Assembly (NCBI GenBank): GCA_013298545.1
Contig: JAAFIA010000010.1
Coordinates: 5,789-69,788 of the forward strand
DNA length: 64,000 bases
Direction: 5' to 3'
Source of the DNA: Bacteroidota bacterium
GTDB lineage: Bacteria; Bacteroidota; Bacteroidia; Palsa-965
This document shows positions 35,174 to 45,224 of the stretch, piece after piece. The stretch's first letter is position 1. Every line of letters begins with the position of its first letter. The notes under the pieces were generated by a model that was not told the origin of the DNA, searched no databases, and saw only the letters and a list, made by a program, of their open reading frames with translations. The translations under genes and the position numbers were made by a program.

Positions 35174-37597
35174 TTACTTCACGATATTGACATGACCGCG
35201 GAATTTCAAGCGTTTGCCCGTATATAGCTCAGAGCAAGAAACAACATACACATACGTGTCAATCTGTGCAATGTCTTTTCCTCCGTTGGCGCGGCCATCC
35301 CAACCTTTATTGATGTCGTTCGATTGGAAAATTAAATTGCCCCACCGATCAAAAATCATCATCTGGAAATCGGTTACATAATTGCCGTAAGCAAAGAAGA
35401 AATCGTTTTTGCCATCGCCATTAGGCGTAAATGTATTTGGAATATAAATCGTTGTGTATGGAACAACAATGACATCGCCCCATGCCGTATCGGCGCATCC
35501 ATATTGATTGATGACCACCTGCATCACACTATACATGCCCGTATCTCCATAAGTATGCGAAATATCATTGCAAGTTGGATCAACGATCAATTGCGAACCA
35601 TCGCCCAAATCCCAGATGCATGTGTCGCCACCAAGACTTTGATTGTCAAATAAAATATTCGCTTCAATCAATGTAGCGGGTTGCGGCGACGTAATGTTAA
35701 ATCCAGCAATTGGATATGGATATACATTGATGTAATTGTTCGTTGTCGTTGTATTGATACAACCATTCACATCTGTAACGGTTAATTGCACATTGTATGT
35801 TCCTGGCAACTGATAGCAATGGTTGATGTTACATCCGTTGCCAACACCATCACCAAAATCCCACACACAATTGACAGCCGCTGGAACCGAATTGCTCGTA
35901 AAGTTGACACAAACAGGAGCACATCCTTCTAAGTTATCGCCCGTAAACGAAATCGTTGGAAGTTGATTGACGGTTACTGTAAATGTTGCCGTGTCTTGAG
36001 GCGTTCCGCATTGGTCGCCAAGAATAACGGTGTACGTTGTTGTTACAACAGGAGCAACGGTATTGGTTTGCGTATTGATGTTGCCCGGCATCCAATTGAA
36101 TGTATAAGGCGGCCCACTGCCTCCGGCAGGATTTGCCGTTAGGGTTGTATTGCTACCCACACAAATCGTATTGTTTCCCGTAACGTTTACGGCTAAAGGA
36201 ATCAGTTGCGGTTCTGTAATGGTAAACGTAAAGCTATTCGAACAGCCAAAAGCATCTGTTACAACAACCTCGTATTGCCCTGCCGATAAATTGCTCGCTG
36301 TATTGGTTGCACTTACATTCGGTGTCCAAACGTATGTATAAGGCGCATTGCCACTTGTTGGTGTAACTGTTGCAGAACCATTGGTTCCTCCATTGCAAGT
36401 AACGTTTGTTGACGCTGTGGTTAATGTAACAGTTCCGTTTGCTAAAACAATAACCGTATCGGTAGTGGTACAACCCGTTGATGAATCAATTACCGTAACA
36501 ATGTATTGTCCTGGTCCCACGTTGGTGGCTGTTTGGCCAACTTGTGGTGGAACCGTATTCCATGTATAACCAAAAGGACCAGCACCGCCATTTGGTGTTG
36601 CCGTAGCCGAACCATTGTTGGCCGAGCAAGAACTTGGTACTTGCGTCATATTCAGCGTAAATGGATTCGCACAACAGGTCTGGCAATTCGATTGAAAATA
36701 AATTCCCGCAACGGTAATGTTGTAACAATCACCCATCGCATTTACATCAAAATAAGAGGTGTTTTGGCCCGGAGTTACAACCGTTGGGTTATCTACCCAA
36801 TTCCACCAGTCTTCAACCGGAATGAGATAAGGTGCATTGTTGTTTAAAACAAGTGGCGTAGCCAAACCTTGCAAATCGCCAATACCCATGAAGGCGCGCG
36901 AATTGCTCACAACACCCGCGCAAGCCGTAAAACCATTGAGTGTAATGGAATTGAAATTCCCGATACCTACAAAACATCCATCCCAAATCACAATATCGCC
37001 TTGGAACGTTGCTGTTGGATCATCCCAGATGACCATGATCGTAGCACCATCCATGTCGTTTGTTCCACCAGAAGAAACACTTGTAGGTAAACCATCAACG
37101 ATGTAATTGCCATTGCCGAGGATGATACTAGTAATATCTGCACGGTACGAATGCGTCCCCTGATATCCCCAACATTTATCGGCATCGCTACCAATTAAGG
37201 TCATGTTGTAATTCTGAGCAAGTGGTGCGGGATTGGTTACCGTTGCTGTAATGGGCGCACCATTACCAGAACCTTCGCACCACAAAAATGCTTTTACAAT
37301 ATTTGCCGTTGCTGGAATTCCGGCAACGGTAAATGTTGCTGGCTGCGGAACACCCGGTGGGAACACCCGCTGCCCTAATTTTTGAGAAACCGTAGTATAA
37401 TTCAATCCGCACGAACTGAATTGATAAACAGGTCCAAGGGTTGCACTACCGTCTTGCGGTGTTTGCGGATCGCCGGAGCGCATCGACGATTGCTGTGCCA
37501 TCGGATTTTGGCCCACGACTGGGGTCGAGCCATTTTGTGCTTGTGCTACTAACATAGCACACGACAGCATTCCGGTTAGGATGTATCTTTTAATCAT
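35174..37597 (-). CDS. T9SS type B adhesin-like protein, short-stalk paralogue
   Basis: Probable start MIKRYIL; same head (DKCWGYQGTHSYRADIT, DMDGATIMVIWDDP), about 2 SprB repeats, PKD, CHU_C; TAAATTTG box at 37623-37630. Confidence 0.9.
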   Translation of the reverse strand: MIKRYILTGMLSCAMLVAQAQNGSTPVVGQNPMAQQSSMRSGDPQTPQDGSATLGPVYQFSSCGLNYTTVSQKLGQRVFPPGVPQPATFTVAGIPATANIVKAFLWCEGSGNGAPITATVTNPAPLAQNYNMTLIGSDADKCWGYQGTHSYRADITSIILGNGNYIVDGLPTSVSSGGTNDMDGATIMVIWDDPTATFQGDIVIWDGCFVGIGNFNSITLNGFTACAGVVSNSRAFMGIGDLQGLATPLVLNNNAPYLIPVEDWWNWVDNPTVVTPGQNTSYFDVNAMGDCYNITVAGIYFQSNCQTCCANPFTLNMTQVPSSCSANNGSATATPNGGAGPFGYTWNTVPPQVGQTATNVGPGQYIVTVIDSSTGCTTTDTVIVLANGTVTLTTASTNVTCNGGTNGSATVTPTSGNAPYTYVWTPNVSATNTASNLSAGQYEVVVTDAFGCSNSFTFTITEPQLIPLAVNVTGNNTICVGSNTTLTANPAGGSGPPYTFNWMPGNINTQTNTVAPVVTTTYTVILGDQCGTPQDTATFTVTVNQLPTISFTGDNLEGCAPVCVNFTSNSVPAAVNCVWDFGDGVGNGCNINHCYQLPGTYNVQLTVTDVNGCINTTTTNNYINVYPYPIAGFNITSPQPATLIEANILFDNQSLGGDTCIWDLGDGSQLIVDPTCNDISHTYGDTGMYSVMQVVINQYGCADTAWGDVIVVPYTTIYIPNTFTPNGDGKNDFFFAYGNYVTDFQMMIFDRWGNLIFQSNDINKGWDGRANGGKDIAQIDTYVYVVSCSELYTGKRLKFRGHVNIVK

Positions 37598-37758
37598 GAG
37601 GTAAGATGTATTTGCCGCTAACAAATTTAGAACAAACTTCCTCTTTTCCAAGTTTTTATTGAATTAAGTAGTAAAAAAAAGTAAACATGCCCTGAAATAG
37701 CACAAATTCAACTGTTGGTGTTGTAACACCCATTGGCGAGATCAACTGCAAATAAATA

Positions 37759-39441
37759 TTAACCAACTAAAAAACGCCCAATATCCTGCAACAGCACTTC
37801 CTGCTCGGCTTTCGTCAATACCGCATACTGTGCCAACCCGCACCGCTCCCGCAAGGCCAACCACACCCCCAAACGCACCGAATCGCTATACCGATACCGA
37901 ATATTTTCTACCGATGCCTCCATCTCCCCAAGCCCCGTCTGCTCACACATCCACAACAATAACGCATGCGCTGCATGTCGCGCCACCAACACGCCATCGG
38001 CACGCTTTAAATGCAATTCCGCAGCATTAAATTCTTCCTTCCAACTTCCCGAAACAACACCAACGGGCAATGCAACTTCCGCATCCGGCAACTCCTCCGC
38101 TTCCTCCAGAACAAGTTGCTCCTGCACTTTTCGCGATTGCCGCAACCGATAAAAAATAAACGTACCAACGATCCCCAGAAAAATGAATCCAATGCACAAG
38201 AAAAATAAACCCGACGATTTTTTTTCATCAAACGCATGCTCATCCAAATAATCTGCACTGCTTGATTTTCCGACAGCCGATGGCAATACCTCAAGCGAAA
38301 ATGCAGGCGTCTCACGCGTAACATACGTTTGTGTTTGCGGATCGAAATAAACAAAACGCAATCCGGGCAATTGGTACTTTCCTGCTTTTTGAGCAATCAC
38401 CGTATAACTAAATTCTTTACGACCATGTTGCCCACGCAAATCAATGACCGTGTTGTCTTTCACAGTTGGTGCCGAGATTTCAAAATCAGCAGGGAATTTT
38501 AATTCAGGGGCAAACATGGCCAGAAAAAGTCCATCGCCATCAATGCTCACTTTAACGGTAAATCCATCACCCGCATTTACTTTTGCCGCACTAATTTCGG
38601 CCATCATGCTAAATTGCCCCACATCGCCTTTAAAATCTTCCGGTTTTCCAACTTCTGGATGTGGCAACGCTTCAATAATTGCATTGTCTGTTTCTAAAAG
38701 AATATCTTTTCCGCTTACCGTATAGCTACCATCGGCTTGCTGTATTTTTTCGCGGATGAAGTATTTTCCACTATACGAACGAATGGCCAATAATCCCGGT
38801 GTATTTGGATATAAAAAATCCCGATGAATCGTAAAAACGCTATACGTCATCCCATCAATCGTTTCTACCGATTCTTCATCAATCTCATCCCAAGGCCCAC
38901 GCAACAGCCAAAAATTATTAGCATCTGTCGGCGGTTTGAAATCGGTCATCCGCGCCACCTCGATATCTAAACGCCTGTAAAGTTTTACATCCACCGAAAT
39001 GCATTCCCCAACAATGACTTTTTGTTTGGATGGAACCACACGCATGAAAACATCCTTTCTCAGCGCATCGGCCTTGACGTAGATATGAAGTTCATTGGCG
39101 TAAAATGTTTTTTTACTACTACGCAATGCCGCTGGCTCAATCCGAAATGATCCAACCCGATACGCTTGAAGCGAGTACGTGAAAATATTCCGAACAATAC
39201 CACGCGCATAATCAATGCTCCGATTTTGTGTTTGACCCGCTAATTTAAATCCCGGCAACGATGGTGAGATGTATGTACCATCCAATTCCTCCACAACAAC
39301 CGTCAACGTAAACGATTCGCCCAACCGCACCGTATCATCCGAAATACGCGCATAAATTTTTTGTGCCTGAACGTTCTGCGCAAACAAACACAAAGCAAAA
39401 AAAATAAATACGCTAAATCGCCTCGAGAAAATCATTACCAA
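37759..39441 (-). CDS. batD: BatD family protein
   Basis: Signal peptide, BatD repeats (VRLGESFTLTV, VIVGECISV, FKGDVGQF), C-terminal TM; position after batC. Confidence 0.85.
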   Translation of the reverse strand: MVMIFSRRFSVFIFFALCLFAQNVQAQKIYARISDDTVRLGESFTLTVVVEELDGTYISPSLPGFKLAGQTQNRSIDYARGIVRNIFTYSLQAYRVGSFRIEPAALRSSKKTFYANELHIYVKADALRKDVFMRVVPSKQKVIVGECISVDVKLYRRLDIEVARMTDFKPPTDANNFWLLRGPWDEIDEESVETIDGMTYSVFTIHRDFLYPNTPGLLAIRSYSGKYFIREKIQQADGSYTVSGKDILLETDNAIIEALPHPEVGKPEDFKGDVGQFSMMAEISAAKVNAGDGFTVKVSIDGDGLFLAMFAPELKFPADFEISAPTVKDNTVIDLRGQHGRKEFSYTVIAQKAGKYQLPGLRFVYFDPQTQTYVTRETPAFSLEVLPSAVGKSSSADYLDEHAFDEKKSSGLFFLCIGFIFLGIVGTFIFYRLRQSRKVQEQLVLEEAEELPDAEVALPVGVVSGSWKEEFNAAELHLKRADGVLVARHAAHALLLWMCEQTGLGEMEASVENIRYRYSDSVRLGVWLALRERCGLAQYAVLTKAEQEVLLQDIGRFLVG

Positions 39442-40145
39442 TCCTTTCCATTCGATTTCGGACTGCCACCACTTTTGTTCATGTGCTGCCGTGTTTTTTT
39501 CTCCTCCTCGCGCAAGGCATTCAACATGCGCTCTGCCTCCTCTTTACTCATCTCTTTTTTAGGCTGCTGCTTTTGTTTTTGATCCTGCTTTTTATTGTCC
39601 TGCTGCTGTTTTTGATCCTGCTTTTTCTGATCATTTTCTTTTGGCTTTCCTTTATTGTCCTCTTCATCATTGCCGCCACCTTGCTGCTGTTGTTGTTTCT
39701 CTAATTTTTTCTGCGCATACGCCAAATTATGTCGTGCATCTTCGTCGTTAGGATTTTTGCGCAAGGCTTTTTTATACGATTCAATACTCTCTTCGTATTT
39801 TTTTTGCTCCAGTTGTGTATTGCCCAAATTGTAATTTGTGCGCGCTTCCTCTTCCGGCTTTAAATTTTTGGCCGCTGCCGCACGTTTGTAGGTATTCTCT
39901 GCATCTGGAAAACGTTTTTGCTTGTACAAGGCATTTCCCAAATTATAACTCGCGGCATTTTTGTCTTCATCTTTTTGCACACCCGCAACATATTTTTTCT
40001 CAGCCGCATCAAAATCGTTTTTCTTGTACAATTCATTTCCCTCCCGCGTATTCGCAAACCGATCGGTCGTGTCCGTTACCTGTTGTGCCAACACATCGGT
40101 GCTAAAACACAAGACCAAAAAAAGCAGAGCTACGAGCTGTTTCAT
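39435..40145 (-). CDS. batC: BatC TPR protein
   Basis: REGNELY...YNLGNALY...YNLGN...DARHNLAYA, Q/K-rich linker, MSKEEAERMLNAL, terminal KDW. Confidence 0.9.
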   Translation of the reverse strand: MKQLVALLFLVLCFSTDVLAQQVTDTTDRFANTREGNELYKKNDFDAAEKKYVAGVQKDEDKNAASYNLGNALYKQKRFPDAENTYKRAAAAKNLKPEEEARTNYNLGNTQLEQKKYEESIESYKKALRKNPNDEDARHNLAYAQKKLEKQQQQQGGGNDEEDNKGKPKENDQKKQDQKQQQDNKKQDQKQKQQPKKEMSKEEAERMLNALREEEKKTRQHMNKSGGSPKSNGKDW

Positions 40146-41170
40146 CGTGTAGTTTTTTTAGGTTTTTTTCCGGTAGGAATCAGGGCCTCAAAAACCAATA
40201 AAGCCAAGGCCGCCCACAAGAAATAATAATAAATAGGTTTAAACGAAGTATAACGCCACGTTGTTTTCGACGATTTGGTCAAACTGCGCAAACGATTATA
40301 CACTTGATCTGTTCCCATGTCAGCAGCATCCGAATGCGCATAAATACCATCGCCCGCAGCCGCTATTTCTTTCAGCAACGACTCATTCAATTTTGTTGTT
40401 ATCGTTTGTCCATTTTCGTCCTGCTTATCGCCGGTGCGTGTTCCTTCCGAATCGAATTGCGGAATCGTTGCACCCGTTGTTGATCCAATACCAATGGTAC
40501 AAACCACCACCCCTTTTGCGCGCGCCCGTTCTGCTGCTTCAACCGCACCTTTTTCAAAATCCTCACCATCCGTTACCACCACAATTGCACGACCATGTTT
40601 CTCTTTCGGATCGTCCAGCTCATCAAACGAAAGCATGGCCTGATCGATTGCTGCTGCAACATTGGTGCCTTGCAACGAAATCATATCAGGCGTCATCGAC
40701 TCAATTAACATTTGCGCCGCACCAATATCATTTGTTAGCGGCAATTGCGTGTAAGCATCGCCCGCAAAAGCAACCAAACCAAACCGATCGCCATCCAAGC
40801 GATTCGTCAAACTCGTCAACGCCATCCGCGAACGCTCAAAACGATTTGGTTTTAAATCATCAGCCAGCATCGAATTCGAGACATCAAAAGCCACCATCAA
40901 ATCAATGCCCGTAATTTTTACCGGTTCACGACCGCCCGGAATTTGTGGGCCAGCCGCCGCAATTGTCAGCAAGACCAAGGCCAGCGAAATCGCAATCATA
41001 CGAATCAATCCCAATGCCGTTGAGCGACCATGAATCAAACGTCCCAACATGGCCGAATCAGCAAACAACAGCAATTTTTTTTCACGCGCAGTTCGAGCCA
41101 TGAACCAAATCAAGGCCGGAATGCCTGCAACCGCAAGCAACAAGAGTAGGTATGGACGTTCAAACTCCAT
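40142..41170 (-). CDS. batB: BatB VWA-domain membrane protein
   Basis: DVSNSMLADDLKPNR MIDAS motif, GLVAFAGDAY, TDGED. Confidence 0.9.
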   Translation of the reverse strand: MEFERPYLLLLLAVAGIPALIWFMARTAREKKLLLFADSAMLGRLIHGRSTALGLIRMIAISLALVLLTIAAAGPQIPGGREPVKITGIDLMVAFDVSNSMLADDLKPNRFERSRMALTSLTNRLDGDRFGLVAFAGDAYTQLPLTNDIGAAQMLIESMTPDMISLQGTNVAAAIDQAMLSFDELDDPKEKHGRAIVVVTDGEDFEKGAVEAAERARAKGVVVCTIGIGSTTGATIPQFDSEGTRTGDKQDENGQTITTKLNESLLKEIAAAGDGIYAHSDAADMGTDQVYNRLRSLTKSSKTTWRYTSFKPIYYYFLWAALALLVFEALIPTGKKPKKTTR

Positions 41171-42178
41171 TTATTCCACGCGATTAAAAACAGTATAACG
41201 CAATGTTGATTCAAGGAGTAAAATAATAATTGCGGCAAGCAACAACGGTAAAAAATCTTCTTTTCGTTGCTCCGATTGTTTTCCTTCAATCGCAGTTTTT
41301 TCTAAACGATCAATCTCGTCGTAAATCGCTTCCAAACTTTTTAAATCCACCGCACGGAAATACTTCCCACCCGTTTCTTTTGAAATTTCGATCAAGGTTT
41401 CTTCGTCAATATCCGTTTGCCGATAGGTATTGGTCCATGAACCATCTGGATTACGACTCTGCGGTTGCAATGATTTTCCGTAACCACCTACACCAATCGA
41501 ATAGACTTTGATGTTGTATGTCTTCGCCAAACGACCAGCATCTAAGGGCGAAATAAAACCCGAATTATTTTCCCCATCCGTTAACAATACCACCACACGA
41601 CTTTTTGCTTTGCTGTCTTTCAGCCGTTCTACTGCTTTGGCCAATCCCAATCCAATCGCTGTGCCCGAATTTAATTCGCCAATCTGAATGCTGTCAATCA
41701 TTCCACCCAATGCCGAATGATCGGCTGTGAGCGGACAAAGCGTAAACGTTTCACCACTAAAAATAACCATACCAATCCGATCATTGAAACGCGTATTCAC
41801 AAAATTGATCGCTGTTTTTTTAGCTGCTTCTAAACGGTTTGGTTTAAAATCATTCGCATTCATACTCGGCGAAACGTCCATGCTCAACATAATATCAATC
41901 CCATCTTTGCGAATGCGTTTCCATCCCAACTTCGATTGTGGTCGCGCCAGTGCCGTAATCACCAAGGCCAACACCAGCATTTTTAATACAAATGGAATGT
42001 GTCGCAGACGCGCACGCGGAGGTGTTGGAAGTCCTTGCAAGAAACGCAATGCCGATAAACTCACAACAGGTCGCCGCTGCATCACCACAAAAATGTAAAC
42101 CGCTATACACAACGGTATCAGCAGCAAGAACCAAAAGGCCCACGGATAAACAAAACTTATGTTCGCCCACCAGTTCAT
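41171..42178 (-). CDS. batA: BatA VWA-domain membrane protein
   Basis: ALARPQ, GIDIMLSMDVSPSM, DFKPNRLEAAK, LLTDGENN. Confidence 0.92.
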   Translation of the reverse strand: MNWWANISFVYPWAFWFLLLIPLCIAVYIFVVMQRRPVVSLSALRFLQGLPTPPRARLRHIPFVLKMLVLALVITALARPQSKLGWKRIRKDGIDIMLSMDVSPSMNANDFKPNRLEAAKKTAINFVNTRFNDRIGMVIFSGETFTLCPLTADHSALGGMIDSIQIGELNSGTAIGLGLAKAVERLKDSKAKSRVVVLLTDGENNSGFISPLDAGRLAKTYNIKVYSIGVGGYGKSLQPQSRNPDGSWTNTYRQTDIDEETLIEISKETGGKYFRAVDLKSLEAIYDEIDRLEKTAIEGKQSEQRKEDFLPLLLAAIIILLLESTLRYTVFNRVE

Positions 42179-43146
42179 GATACAACAGGATTAACAGGTG
42201 GTAAAATAGGAATGGTGCGCTCCACAAACTGAATCGCTAAATTCAAACTCACTTCATTCTCCTCTTTCGTCGGAATTTCTTTGGCAAACTTCACCATGTC
42301 GGCAACCCGCAAAACACGCTGCAAATAAAGCACCTGACTTTCATCCGCTTTCAACCGCCGCAAAGTATGAACCAATTCGTATGTTGTTTGCTCAAGTGCA
42401 TTCACATGCCAACGCAGCGCCACATATTCGCGCAAAATTTCAGCTAGCTGTGTATGATATGTTTTTAAATCGCCCTTTTCCCACGGACGTTCCACACGCA
42501 TGCGTTGCAAGGCTTCGAGTGCTTGCTCATGTGGCAATAAAACGCGCGCCGGCACAATCGGAACCTGTTGTCGGTTTTTATATTTCTTAAACGCACGGTA
42601 AATGATAAAACCCAACAAGGTCAAGACACACAAGCCACCACCAATCCAATACCACAAGCTGTAATCGGGCGGAAGAGGGGGCGGTGGCGGAACCTCTGCA
42701 ATTGTCTTAATATCCTTGATCGGAAGCGTTGTATCAACCGGAACTGTTTGCACCCGCAATTCGAGCGGCTGCGAATACACCGTGTCTTGATCTACAATAA
42801 ACCGAATTGCCGGAATCTGATAAACACCCGAATCAAAAGAAGTAATCGTGAATGCTTGCGTTTGCTCATACAACACACTGTTGCGATCCACCAAGTTATT
42901 TTTAATCGAGTCGCCCGAAATTTTCTCGATGCCGTACGCCAAACTATCTTTCAATACTGGCCAATTCACCACCGATTTTTGCGAACCCTCGCGGTACAAC
43001 AATTTTAAATTCAGTTTCGTCTGCTCCCCAATTTTAATTTCTTTTTTATCCAACGTAGCTTCCGCTTCCACGCGCACCTGCCCGCGCACATCGCTCGAAA
43101 ACAGCAACGCGCTCAACACAAACAGCATGGAGAAGATACGATTCAT
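42175..43146 (-). CDS. Conserved membrane protein of the Bat operon (upstream of batA)
   Basis: IKIGEQ...ITSFDSG...IKDIK, TM, ADMVKFAK. Confidence 0.8.
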   Translation of the reverse strand: MNRIFSMLFVLSALLFSSDVRGQVRVEAEATLDKKEIKIGEQTKLNLKLLYREGSQKSVVNWPVLKDSLAYGIEKISGDSIKNNLVDRNSVLYEQTQAFTITSFDSGVYQIPAIRFIVDQDTVYSQPLELRVQTVPVDTTLPIKDIKTIAEVPPPPPLPPDYSLWYWIGGGLCVLTLLGFIIYRAFKKYKNRQQVPIVPARVLLPHEQALEALQRMRVERPWEKGDLKTYHTQLAEILREYVALRWHVNALEQTTYELVHTLRRLKADESQVLYLQRVLRVADMVKFAKEIPTKEENEVSLNLAIQFVERTIPILPPVNPVVS

Positions 43147-43149
43147 CGG

Positions 43150-44025
43150 CTAGACACGTTTTTCGCGTTTACGGAAAAAAGACGACAAGGCCGGAACATA
43201 CGATTGCCCCGTTAAAATCTGCGTTACATCCACACCACATTTACGAAACGTATCGTCCAACCACAATTTATGCATGCGCGAAGTACGCTCGTACGCCTTA
43301 CGCACATTCGGATCTGAAGTATCAATCCATTGCGTAAGACCCGATTCCTCATCAACCATTTCTACCAAACCAATATCTGGCAACGCAAGCTCCCGCTGAT
43401 CTTGAATGTGTATGGCCACCACATCGTGCCGTTTATTGGCCACACGAAGCGTATCTTCAAAATTGCCCGCTAAAAAATCGGAAATGATAAATGCCGTACA
43501 CCGATGTTTCACCGCATTCGTACAATATGTAATCGCTGCATTCAAATCTGTTCCACGGCTCGTTGGTTGAAATTCCAACAATTCCCGAATGATGCGCAAA
43601 ATATGCGGCTTTCCTTTTTTCGGCGCAATGAATTTCTCCACCTTATCGCTGAAAAAAATCACACCCGCTTTATCGTTATTCGTCAATGCAGAGAAGGCCA
43701 GCACCGCACAAATCTCTGTAATCAAATCGCGCTTACTTTGTCCACGCGTTCCAAAACTTCCCGATTGGCTCACATCTACCAACAGCATCACCGTCAACTC
43801 ACGTTCCTCTTGAAAAACTTTCACATACGGATGATTGAAACGCGCTGTTACATTCCAATCAATCGTTCGCACCTCGTCGCCCGGTTGGTATTCTCGCACC
43901 TCGCTAAACGTCATGCCACGCCCTTTAAACGCACTGTGGTATTCGCCCGAGAAAACCTGATTGGTCAACCCTCGAGTTTTTAACTCAATGCGCCGGACTT
44001 TTTTTAGCAGTTCGCTCGTTTCCAA
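43150..44025 (-). CDS. DUF58 domain protein
   Basis: GEYHSAFKGRGMTFSEVREYQPGDEVRTIDWNVTAR. Confidence 0.93.
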   Translation of the reverse strand: METSELLKKVRRIELKTRGLTNQVFSGEYHSAFKGRGMTFSEVREYQPGDEVRTIDWNVTARFNHPYVKVFQEERELTVMLLVDVSQSGSFGTRGQSKRDLITEICAVLAFSALTNNDKAGVIFFSDKVEKFIAPKKGKPHILRIIRELLEFQPTSRGTDLNAAITYCTNAVKHRCTAFIISDFLAGNFEDTLRVANKRHDVVAIHIQDQRELALPDIGLVEMVDEESGLTQWIDTSDPNVRKAYERTSRMHKLWLDDTFRKCGVDVTQILTGQSYVPALSSFFRKREKRV

Positions 44026-44054
44026 AATCAGGAAGTGTGTAGATGAAAATTAAA

Positions 44055-45044
44055 TTAAGGAACTTGAACCACGCTAAGAATATCGTGGATCATGTGTTCG
44101 CTCGTAATATTTTCTGCTTCTGCTTCGTAAGTAATGCCAATACGATGACGCATCACATCATAACACACCGCCCGTACATCTTCAGGAATCACAAAGCCGC
44201 GATGTTGCAAAAACGCATACGCTTTCGCAGCTAAAGCAAGATTGATACTAGCACGCGGCGATCCTCCAAACGAAATGAGTGGCTGTAATTTATTCAAACG
44301 ATATTCTTGCGGAAAACGACTTGCAAAAACAATGTCAACGATATACCGTTCAATTTTTTCATCCAAATAAACATCGCGCACAATGTTGCGCGCACGTAAA
44401 ATATCGTTTGTCGTAACAACCGGTTTGATTTTTGGAATATCTGCTGAAAGTTGTTGGCGAATAATTTTTTGTTCCTCCTCGCGGCTCGGATATTTAATGA
44501 CCGTCTTCAACATAAACCGATCCACTTGCGCTTCCGGCAACGGATACGTTCCTTCTTGTTCTACCGGATTCATTGTTGCCAACACCAAAAACGGTTCAGG
44601 CAATTTAAATGTCTGTTCGCCAATGGTAACTTGCCGCTCTTGCATCGCTTCGAGCAAGGCACTCTGCACCTTTGCTGGCGCACGGTTAATCTCATCGGCC
44701 AAAACCAAATTGGCAAAAATGGGTCCCTGACGCACCGTAAACGCCTCTTGTTTTTGGCTATAAATCATGGTGCCAACAACATCGGCAGGAAGCAAATCCG
44801 GCGTAAACTGAATGCGACTAAATTTCGCCTCAATCGCCGAAGCCAACGATTTTACCGCAAGTGTTTTGGCCAGCCCCGGAACACCTTCAAGTAAAATATG
44901 TCCGTTAGAAAGCAAGGCAATCAGCAAACGCTCAATCATGGGCTTTTGACCCACAATGACTTGATCCAGTTCGTTATGAATACGTTCAATAAATGCACTT
45001 TCCTCTTTGATGCGCTCGTTCAGCGCTTGAATGTCGATGGCCAT
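44055..45044 (-). CDS. moxR: MoxR family AAA+ ATPase
   Basis: HILLEGVPGLAKT, IQFTPDLLPAD, LADEINRAPAKVQSALLEAMQE; TACCTTTG box at 45065-45072. Confidence 0.95.
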   Translation of the reverse strand: MAIDIQALNERIKEESAFIERIHNELDQVIVGQKPMIERLLIALLSNGHILLEGVPGLAKTLAVKSLASAIEAKFSRIQFTPDLLPADVVGTMIYSQKQEAFTVRQGPIFANLVLADEINRAPAKVQSALLEAMQERQVTIGEQTFKLPEPFLVLATMNPVEQEGTYPLPEAQVDRFMLKTVIKYPSREEEQKIIRQQLSADIPKIKPVVTTNDILRARNIVRDVYLDEKIERYIVDIVFASRFPQEYRLNKLQPLISFGGSPRASINLALAAKAYAFLQHRGFVIPEDVRAVCYDVMRHRIGITYEAEAENITSEHMIHDILSVVQVP

Positions 45045-45224
45045 AGGAGAATATTGGATTCAGGCAAAGGTAATGCACCCACCCGCGCAACCGCCGCCCA
45101 CGCTGTAAAAAAATGTTAAGGTGCATTTGTTGATACAAGACAAGCCATAATCGTTAGTGAGGACTTTATGTCAAATCACCCGCCAATCTGGTTTATCTGC
45201 CTATTTTAGAGCCAAAATAAACCC

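Noticed and set aside
25190-37194. Numerous overlapping Cys/Arg-rich short ORFs in the adhesin genes
   Set aside because: They are shadow frames of the repetitive SprB/PKD coding sequence.
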